Below, piece by piece: positions 35,863 to 43,704 of a stretch of 43,704 bases of DNA. This stretch comes from an uncultured Candidatus Peribacteria bacterium. GTDB lineage: Bacteria > Patescibacteriota > Gracilibacteria > UBA1369 > LOWO2-01-FULL-3. Under the pieces are notes generated by a model. That model did no database searches and was not told the DNA's origin. It saw only the letters and a program-made list of their open reading frames with translations. The position numbers were made by a program, and so were the translations under genes. Each line of letters starts with the position of its first letter. Positions within the stretch are counted from its first letter, which is position 1. Where the stretch lies: the NCBI GenBank assembly GCA_964359325.1, contig CAYHSM010000001.1:1-43704 (forward strand). The letters are read 5' to 3'.

Positions 35863-36194
35863 GCTGCGTTTTTCATTTTGCAGCTTCACATTTTCTCACA
35901 AAATATCACGGCAAATGCGAAAATCTGCATGGGCACAACTATAAATTAATCATAACCATCGAAGGTGAAATAAAAGATGATGGTATGGTTTTGGATTTTA
36001 AAAAATTAAAAGACGCGGTAAATGGCAAAGTTATAGACAAACTCGATCACACTCATCTGAATGACACTATGGACAATCCGTCCGCGGAAAATCTGGCAAT
36101 ATGGATCTGGGACAAATTAAAAAACGAATTGCCATTAAAAAAGTTAAGAATTTACGAAACAGAGGATTATTACTGCGATTATTATGGTAAATAA
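35844..36194 (+). CDS. 6-pyruvoyl-tetrahydropterin synthase family protein (QueD/PTPS; candidate PTPS-III FolB bypass)
   Basis: 116 aa with FAASHFL and the GKCENLHGHNY motif (Cys immediately followed by Glu). Embedded between folP and folK. Confidence 0.7.
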   Translation: MPTMELSCVFHFAASHFLTKYHGKCENLHGHNYKLIITIEGEIKDDGMVLDFKKLKDAVNGKVIDKLDHTHLNDTMDNPSAENLAIWIWDKLKNELPLKKLRIYETEDYYCDYYGK

Positions 36195-36648
36195 TCTGGT
36201 TTTTATAAGCTTGGGCACAAACTTAGGCAATCGTGCGCAAAATCTGGAAATTGCCTTGGAAAAATTATTGAAATTCGTAAATGTAATTAAAAAATCAAAA
36301 ATTTACGAAACAAAACCCATAGATTACAAAAATCAGCCGTTATTCCTGAATATGGTGGTAAAAATAGAAACGAAGTTATCAGCACGCGAATTGATCACGA
36401 AATTACAAGAAGTGGAGAATGAAATGGGCAGAATAAAAAAAATAAAGAAAGGCCCACGCATCATCGATCTGGATATTCTGTACTATAACAACGAAATAAT
36501 TAATGAACCTAACTTAAAAATCCCGCATCCAAGAGCTTATAAAAGGAATTTTGTACTCACGCCGTTAAAAGAATTAGCGCCGGACCTGATGGATCCCAAA
36601 AAACACAAAACAATTACACAATTACTCTATGGACTTAAAAAAAATTGA
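36184..36648 (+). CDS. folK: 2-amino-4-hydroxy-6-hydroxymethyldihydropteridine diphosphokinase
   Basis: 154 aa with GPRIIDLDILYY and IPHPRAYKRNFVLTPL. Confidence 0.88.
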   Translation: MVNNLVFISLGTNLGNRAQNLEIALEKLLKFVNVIKKSKIYETKPIDYKNQPLFLNMVVKIETKLSARELITKLQEVENEMGRIKKIKKGPRIIDLDILYYNNEIINEPNLKIPHPRAYKRNFVLTPLKELAPDLMDPKKHKTITQLLYGLKKN

Positions 36649-37180
36649 AAAACTGGCAAAAGAATTGCTGGATGAAATAGGGGAGAATACGGATCGTGAA
36701 GGACTAAAAAAAACTCCACAGCGCATAGCCAAATCATTTGAAAAAATATTTGGAGGCTATAACAAAGACCCGAAACAATTCTTAACGGAATTCGATGGGG
36801 AAAATTATGATGAAATGATCATATGCAAAGACATAGATTTTTATTCCACTTGTGAACACCACTTGCAGCCATTTTTCGGAAAAATCTCAATTGGATACAT
36901 TCCAAACAAAAAAATCATTGGAATCTCAAAATTACCGAGGATTGTGGAAATATTTTCACGACGTATGCAAAATCAGGAAAGACTAACACAGCAAATAGCA
37001 AACACTCTAAACAGCCTATTAAAACCAAGAGGAGTCGGCGTGGTTATCAAAGCGCGACATCTATGTATGATGGCTAGGGGAGTGGAAAAACAAAACACAA
37101 TAATGATAACTTCATCTTGTACGGGATTATTTAAAAATAATGCTAAAACTCGCAGCGAATTTCTGAGATTGATAAAATAA
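36629..37180 (+). CDS. folE: GTP cyclohydrolase I
   Basis: 183 aa with the STCEHHLQPFFG and QERLTQQIA motifs. Confidence 0.9.
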   Translation: MDLKKIEKLAKELLDEIGENTDREGLKKTPQRIAKSFEKIFGGYNKDPKQFLTEFDGENYDEMIICKDIDFYSTCEHHLQPFFGKISIGYIPNKKIIGISKLPRIVEIFSRRMQNQERLTQQIANTLNSLLKPRGVGVVIKARHLCMMARGVEKQNTIMITSSCTGLFKNNAKTRSEFLRLIK

Positions 37181-37194
37181 AACAAAGCCGCTAG

Positions 37195-37755
37195 ATGATT
37201 CTTATAATAGATAATTACGACTCTTTTACTTACAATCTCTATCAACAAATCGAATCATTAGGAAAGAAAACCAAGGTCTTTCAGCATGATAAGATCAGCC
37301 TGGAACAAATAAAAAAATTAAAACCTGAAAAAATAGTTATTTCCCCGGGTCCAAAGCGTCCGGAGGACAGTGGCATTGCAATGTCAGTTGTTCAAAATTT
37401 TTATACACAAATCCCTATTCTGGGAGTGTGTTTAGGCCATGAATGCATTGGACAAATTTTTGGTTCAACAGTTGTTCATGCGCGCAAAATCCTTCACGGA
37501 AAAACATCTAAAATTTATCATACAAAGTCACCTCTATTCAAAAATGTAAAAAATCCATTCAAAGCTGCTCGCTATCATTCTCTCATCCTAAATAAAATGC
37601 CAAAAAACTTCATATTAACAGGTTGGACTAAGGACAAAGAAATAATGGCTATTCAACATAAAAAATATCCTCTTTTTGGAATCCAATTCCATCCGGAATC
37701 TTTTCTGACAAAAGAAGGCAATAAGATTATGTATAATTTTTTATATGAAATCTGA
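37195..37755 (+). CDS. pabA: Aminodeoxychorismate/anthranilate synthase component II (glutamine amidotransferase)
   Basis: 186 aa with GVCLGHE, RYHSL and FHPES. Confidence 0.85.
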   Translation: MILIIDNYDSFTYNLYQQIESLGKKTKVFQHDKISLEQIKKLKPEKIVISPGPKRPEDSGIAMSVVQNFYTQIPILGVCLGHECIGQIFGSTVVHARKILHGKTSKIYHTKSPLFKNVKNPFKAARYHSLILNKMPKNFILTGWTKDKEIMAIQHKKYPLFGIQFHPESFLTKEGNKIMYNFLYEI

Positions 37756-38911
37756 TCCGTTACAACAATTCATAAACTTGCCAAAAACAGCACGAAACAC
37801 ATGCTTTTTATATTCTGCAACAAATGGTAAAAGCATACTTGCGAGCTCGCCAATAGCAAAATTTTCCGGAAAAAACATTCAGGAATTCAAAAAATTCATC
37901 AAGAAATACAATAAAAAACTATTGATAGGATATATTTCATACGACGTGGCTTATCAGCTCTTTAACATTAAACAAAAAGCAAAAAACGACCTCCATTTGC
38001 CTGAAATTTACTTTTTAGCATTTGATAAATGGTTGGAATTCAACAAACACGAGCATAGCAAGTGTCCGTATTCTCATAACCACCACAAAAAATATAATTC
38101 CTTAAACTTCAAACCGACAATAAGTAAATCCGCATACGAAACCGCCTACAAAAAAATCAAACACTACATCAAAGAAGGGGATATATATCAGATAAATCTA
38201 ACACATCGTCTGGAAGCAGAGACAAAAATCCCGCCAAGAGAATTGTTTTTAAAAGTTATAAATGCAAATCCGGTTGATTACTTGGCATATATGGAAGGAG
38301 ACGGATTTGAAATATTAAGCGCTTCGCCTGAAAGATTTATAAAAATCGAAAACGGAAATATTGAAACATGCCCAATCAAAGGCACTCGTCCGCGCGGCAA
38401 TAATCCAAAAGCCGACCAGAAACTGAAACAAGAACTCTTAAAAAACGAAAAAGAAGCCGCTGAACTCAATATGATCACGGATTTACTGAGAAACGACATG
38501 GGCAAAATATGCAAAATCAACACTGTTAAAGTCGCCGGCCATCGTCTTATTCAAAAATGCCCGACCGTTTGGCACACATTCAGCAGAATTACCGGAAAAA
38601 TCGCTGTGGAACCGATAGAAGCTCTACTTTCAATGCTTCCGGGCGGTTCAATAACAGGCTGTCCCAAAAAAAGAGCCATGGAAATTATTGATGAATTGGA
38701 GCCGACGACTCGCAGTGTATATACAGGCGTAATCGGATATATTCATCCAAACAAAAATCTGGATTTCAATATCGCCATTCGAACAATCATAAAAAAAGGC
38801 AAAAAACTTTATTTGCAAGTTGGAGGCGGAATAGTACTGGATTCAAAAGAAAAAGCTGAATTCAAAGAAACGCTCGACAAAGCCAAATCATTTATGAAAA
38901 TCCTGGGCTGA
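37745..38911 (+). CDS. pabB: Aminodeoxychorismate synthase component I (short form)
   Basis: 388 aa with SASPERF, PIKGTRPRG and GGSITGCPKKRAMEII. The folate context favours PabB over TrpE. Confidence 0.75.
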   Translation: MKSDPLQQFINLPKTARNTCFLYSATNGKSILASSPIAKFSGKNIQEFKKFIKKYNKKLLIGYISYDVAYQLFNIKQKAKNDLHLPEIYFLAFDKWLEFNKHEHSKCPYSHNHHKKYNSLNFKPTISKSAYETAYKKIKHYIKEGDIYQINLTHRLEAETKIPPRELFLKVINANPVDYLAYMEGDGFEILSASPERFIKIENGNIETCPIKGTRPRGNNPKADQKLKQELLKNEKEAAELNMITDLLRNDMGKICKINTVKVAGHRLIQKCPTVWHTFSRITGKIAVEPIEALLSMLPGGSITGCPKKRAMEIIDELEPTTRSVYTGVIGYIHPNKNLDFNIAIRTIIKKGKKLYLQVGGGIVLDSKEKAEFKETLDKAKSFMKILG

Positions 38912-38918
38912 AAAGCAT

Positions 38919-39083
38919 CTAAATAAGCTCCTTGATATCTTCATCCGGCAAATAAAGAAGAAAAAGTCCGAGTATTATACTAAAAATATTACTTAATATC
39001 GGTCTTCCGGGAAAAAGATATAAATCCATTAGATTCCATAATCCTCTCCATACCATTATTACGGCCACGACAACCAAGAGCAT
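38919..39083 (-). CDS. Small two-TM membrane protein (hypothetical)
   Basis: 54 aa from the ATG at 39083 (MLLVVVAVIMVW...). The track ORF begins at a TTG inside repeat copy B. Confidence 0.35.
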   Translation of the reverse strand: MLLVVVAVIMVWRGLWNLMDLYLFPGRPILSNIFSIILGLFLLYLPDEDIKELI

Positions 39084-39101
39084 ACCAAGAAAATTACTAT
39101 G

Positions 39102-39211
39102 GAGGTGAAAAGACAATTAGGATAAGGGACATCTGCGCTCATCTTTGCGTCATCCGGCTCGCTTACATGACAGGTAGCGCTCTCCGCATGTCGCAAGATT
39201 CGCTTGATGTC
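39102..39211 (-). repeat. Dispersed hairpin repeat, copy B (long form with an internal partial duplication)
   Basis: Read on the minus strand it starts immediately after the tRNA-Leu CCA as gacatcaagcgaatcttgcgacatgcgga... and ends ...gcgcagatgtc...gtcttttcacctcc. It aligns to 28972-29037 with ~30 extra internal nt and 13 extra nt near the end. Confidence 0.8.
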
Positions 39212-39298
39212 TGGTGCCCGAGGAGGGAATCGAACCCTCACGATGTTGCCACCACGGGATTTTGAGTCCCGCGCGTCTACCAATTCCGCCACCCGGGC
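39212..39298 (-). tRNA. tRNA-Leu (CAA)
   Basis: Reverse complement is GCCCGGGTGGCGGAATTGGTAGACGCGCGGGACTCAAAATCCCGTGGTGGCAACATCGTGAGGGTTCGATTCCCTCCTCGGGCACCA. It has a long variable arm and an encoded CCA. Confidence 0.92.
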
Positions 39299-39332
39299 TA
39301 ATAATTTTTGCAAATAACGAGCGTCATTATAA

Positions 39333-40724
<1,392 letters not shown>

Positions 40725-40726
40725 TT

Positions 40727-41338
40727 ATGAAAATTGTAATCGGATTGGGAAACATAGGAGATAAATATGTAAAAACACGTCATAATTGCGGCTTTTTGGT
40801 ACTGGATGAATTAACTAAACAATTGGAAAAAGAGGGGATAGAAGTGAATTGGAAAGAGGACTTTAAACTAAAAGCCATAATTGCAAAAATAACTTACCTC
40901 CAGAGCGCGAAGCGCTCCAGCGAGCCTAAGGGCGAGCAAAGTGAGCGAAGCGAAAACCTTAAAGAACCTGTACTCTTGGCAAAACCAACAACATTGATGA
41001 ATCTTTCAGGAGAAGCTGTAAGTAAAATTTTAAATTTTTATAAAGAGCCCATCGAGAATTTAACTGTAATTTATGACGATATAGACCTGCCGCTTGGGAC
41101 GATACGCGTCAGGGACAAAGGATCGGCAGGTACGCACAACGGTATGCGTTCGATAATTGAACAACTCGGCCACGAAAATTTCAAAAGAATCCGTTTGGGG
41201 ATAGAAAGTAGAGGACAACTTACACCGGAACAGCAGGAGTTACATAATTACGTCCTGTCAGGCTTCTCAAAAGAAGAATATCCACTAATCGCTAAAGCAA
41301 TAAAAGATGCCGTCGCAGAGATCAAAAAACTACTCTAA
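40727..41338 (+). CDS. pth: Peptidyl-tRNA hydrolase with a 20-aa in-frame GC-rich insert
   Basis: IVIGLGNIGDKYVKTRHNCGF, KPTTLMNLSGEAV and GSAGTHNGMRSI. Confidence 0.9.
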   Translation: MKIVIGLGNIGDKYVKTRHNCGFLVLDELTKQLEKEGIEVNWKEDFKLKAIIAKITYLQSAKRSSEPKGEQSERSENLKEPVLLAKPTTLMNLSGEAVSKILNFYKEPIENLTVIYDDIDLPLGTIRVRDKGSAGTHNGMRSIIEQLGHENFKRIRLGIESRGQLTPEQQELHNYVLSGFSKEEYPLIAKAIKDAVAEIKKLL

Positions 41339-41406
41339 AACAATTTCAACTTGACCAAAAGGGCATTTTTCCATAGATTATCAGCACAAATTTAACTCTC
41401 ATCATC

Positions 41407-41850
41407 ATGTTCGCAATAATTGAAACAGGAGGAAAACAATATAAAGTTGAAAAAGGAACAACTTTTGAAATAGAAAAACTACTTGCTAAAGAAGGAGAAT
41501 CAATAACAATTGATAAAGTTCTTTTGATTAGCGATAAAGACAGCCTAAAAATTGGAACACCTTTAATTGAAGGCGCTTCCGTTACTGCAAAAGTTATAGG
41601 CCACAAAAAAGGAGTTAAAGTTCTAATCTACAAAATGCATGCAAAACACAGATATCAAAAAACAAAAGGACACAGACAAAACTTAACAACTGTTGAAATA
41701 ACAGATATAAAAGAACACGGAAGCGTTGCTAAAGCACCTAAAAAGACTGAAGAAGAAACAGTCACAAAAAAAGTAACTGTCAAAAAAACAACAACTCGAA
41801 AACCTTCAGTAAAAAAAACTAAGGCTGTAGTTGAGCCTGTAACTGAGTAA
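41407..41850 (+). CDS. rplU: 50S ribosomal protein L21 with a K/T-rich C-terminal extension
   Basis: MFAIIETGGKQYKVEKG...KGHRQ. Confidence 0.9.
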   Translation: MFAIIETGGKQYKVEKGTTFEIEKLLAKEGESITIDKVLLISDKDSLKIGTPLIEGASVTAKVIGHKKGVKVLIYKMHAKHRYQKTKGHRQNLTTVEITDIKEHGSVAKAPKKTEEETVTKKVTVKKTTTRKPSVKKTKAVVEPVTE

Positions 41851-42547
41851 GTGTTTCCTCCAAATCCTTAGCTAAAGGAGCCTCTATCTTTACTGATTCC
41901 CCGGTATCGGGAGATTTAAATTGTATTTTTTGAGAATGTAAGAATTGGCGCATAAGCCCGAATTTATTTTCAAAAAATTTATTTATTTTTTTATTTCCAT
42001 AAAGCTTATCTCCAATAACGCAGTGCCCTATAGATGCCATATGTACCCTGATTTGGTGTGTTCTACCGGTCATAATTTGCACCTCAAGCAAACTGGCATC
42101 ATATTTATCATCAATCTTGAATTTTCTTAAAACTTTATATCTGGAAATAGCTTGCTTGCCGACGTTATCCGCAGCGAGAGCCATTTTTTTCCTATCACGA
42201 TAACTTCTGGCAATTGGAGAATCTATTATTCCTTCGGGATATTGCAAAATTCCATACACAAGAGCCAAATAAACTTTTTTAACTTCTCTGGCTTTAAATT
42301 GAGAAATCAAATCATCTGCAGCCGCCTGATTTTTTGCAATAATCAAAATCCCGGACGTATCCTTATCAAGTCTATGCACAATACCCGGACGCAATTTATC
42401 TTTAAAATCTTTCGTAACTTTATCGGAAATTTGTTTAACAACAGTTAGGCCAACGTGATCATCAGCAGCAAAATGCACAACCATGCCGGCAGGCTTATTG
42501 ATTACGAAGCAATTTTTATCTTCATACAACACATCTAATCCTTTCAT
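41819..42547 (-). CDS. RluA-family pseudouridine synthase (no S4 domain)
   Basis: HRLDKDTSGILIIAK and TGRTHQIRVH motifs. ATG at 42547 (MKGLDVLYED...) chosen. The 3' end overlaps the rplU 3' end by 32 nt (convergent). Confidence 0.85.
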   Translation of the reverse strand: MKGLDVLYEDKNCFVINKPAGMVVHFAADDHVGLTVVKQISDKVTKDFKDKLRPGIVHRLDKDTSGILIIAKNQAAADDLISQFKAREVKKVYLALVYGILQYPEGIIDSPIARSYRDRKKMALAADNVGKQAISRYKVLRKFKIDDKYDASLLEVQIMTGRTHQIRVHMASIGHCVIGDKLYGNKKINKFFENKFGLMRQFLHSQKIQFKSPDTGESVKIEAPLAKDLEETLTQLQAQLQP

Positions 42548-42561
42548 GACAAAATAGTACC

Positions 42562-43350
42562 TTACTTTTGCAATCCTTTCCAAGCCATTTCAAATATTCC
42601 TCTCTGCATCGCAACGATTTCTTTACTTTGAATAACGACGCCATACTCTTCACCTCTCTCCAAATGAATAATCGCCAATTTATCATTATAAATATTCATT
42701 TCATTCTCAAAAACATCATGAGAATTGGGATCGGACATATACATTACTTGAGTCAATTTATCATCTTTATCGTAATTTTTATCAAAAAAAGCCCGAACCT
42801 CAGGGGTGTCGGGCACAATTGCCTTCAAGGGAATTTTTTTATTCGCGATACGAAAATCTTTATATTCCAACAAAAAATCCTTCATGCCTGATTTAAACCA
42901 TTTATGAAGACACAAATAAGCACAAAAATCACCTTTGGCAGTCAATGTATCGTATAACACGAATTTAACGCCTTCTATGCCTTCGTGATAACTCACGACA
43001 GGCTTCTGAAAAGTATATTGAGCCATTAAAGATCGAAATTTTGGGATCGCAGCCAAAAGCTCAGTACGATAATAATCATATGTTCGACATTTTCGATCTA
43101 TATAACCAACAAGAGAATTTGGATCATTTGCCGCAAAAAATTTAACACCGCTATTATTGTAAGAAGCAACCAATCCTTTCTTCTGCAAAGCTCTCAATAG
43201 TGAATAAGTGCTGGTTCTGTTCAAACTAAGTCTTTTGGCAATAACACTAACAGCTTGTGGACCGATCGCCAAAAGCTCAAGGTATATTCTTGCTTCGCTC
43301 TTGTTAAAACCAATTTGTGCCAGTTTTTCTTCGAGCATAAATGAACTCAA
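42562..43350 (-). CDS. TrmB-family transcriptional regulator
   Basis: 262 aa with an N-terminal wHTH (GFNKSEARIYLELLAIGPQAVSVIAKRLSLNRTSTYSLLRALQKKGLV) plus a TrmB-like C-terminal domain. Confidence 0.7.
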   Translation of the reverse strand: MSSFMLEEKLAQIGFNKSEARIYLELLAIGPQAVSVIAKRLSLNRTSTYSLLRALQKKGLVASYNNSGVKFFAANDPNSLVGYIDRKCRTYDYYRTELLAAIPKFRSLMAQYTFQKPVVSYHEGIEGVKFVLYDTLTAKGDFCAYLCLHKWFKSGMKDFLLEYKDFRIANKKIPLKAIVPDTPEVRAFFDKNYDKDDKLTQVMYMSDPNSHDVFENEMNIYNDKLAIIHLERGEEYGVVIQSKEIVAMQRGIFEMAWKGLQK

Positions 43351-43459
43351 AAATAATAAACTGAGCTGGAAACTAACAATATAATGATTTCCGAAAATTT
43401 GTCAAGTTTTTATTCACATTTCACTAAAAAAAGATCAAGAAATAGATTAGAATGGGCAC

Positions 43460-43704
43460 ATGAAATCAGATATAAAGACATTACTGGATCGCGGAACTGT
43501 TGAAGTTATAGTCCGTAAAGATCTGGAAAATAAATTAAAATCAAGAAAAAAATTGCGCGTTAAACTCGGTATTGATCCATCAGGCGCTGATCTGCACCTA
43601 GGCCATATGGTTGTAATTAAAAAACTTCGTGAATTTCAAGAAGCCGGACATCATATTCTTTTACTTTTTGGTAATTTTACAGGACAAATAGGGGATCCGA
43701 CTGA
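43460..43704 (+). CDS. tyrS: Tyrosine--tRNA ligase, N-terminal fragment (runs off the window)
   Basis: My own translation from the ATG at 43460: [81 protein letters not shown]. It has the HIGH-type HLGH and GDPT motifs. Not in the supplied ORF track because no stop is reached. Confidence 0.8.
   Translation, partial: MKSDIKTLLDRGTVEVIVRKDLENKLKSRKKLRVKLGIDPSGADLHLGHMVVIKKLREFQEAGHHILLLFGNFTGQIGDPT

Noticed and set aside
41819-41850. 32-nt convergent overlap of the rplU and rluA-family 3' ends as a possible regulatory antisense arrangement
   Set aside because: It involves only the non-conserved K/T-rich tail of L21 and the last residues of the synthase. It is most simply a by-product of genome compaction.

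Overview
AT-rich, tightly packed bacterial chromosome segment. Many genes have 1-20 nt overlaps, and TAA and TAG stops outnumber TGA. The gene content suggests a small-genome uncultivated lineage (CPR/Peregrinibacteria-like; inference only). Most of the window is housekeeping: murC, cysS, queA, murJ, ribD/ribBA, rpsB-tsf, der, uvrC, thiI, a folP-PTPS-folK-folE-pabA-pabB folate cluster, obg, pth, rplU and tyrS (3' partial). I can support four tRNA-type genes: CAU elongator-type, initiator, Leu-CAA, and one aberrant tRNA-like gene. No rRNA, CRISPR array, transposase or integrase was seen. Accessory content: (1) a mosaic hotspot at 1-3300 holding a 2-gene cassette between ~130-bp imperfect inverted repeats, a GC-rich structured non-coding segment, the aberrant tRNA-like gene with alanine-type acceptor identity, and a ~65-70% G+C lipoprotein gene bracketed by a 23-nt perfect direct repeat; (2) relBE; (3) a PKD-7TM protein next to an ATP-grasp ligase fused to a QEGLA/HExxxH (DUF1704/MATCAP-type) peptidase; (4) two sigma-less partner-switching modules, one coupled to PrsW and one beside an MFS-HEAT fusion; (5) UvrC with an embedded GNAT-like domain and no HhH tail; (6) short GC-rich palindromic in-frame inserts in queA and pth; (7) a dispersed hairpin repeat with a compensatory base change; (8) an in-frame TGA at a conserved Gly codon of obg. 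All family calls come from motif recognition by eye, with no database search.
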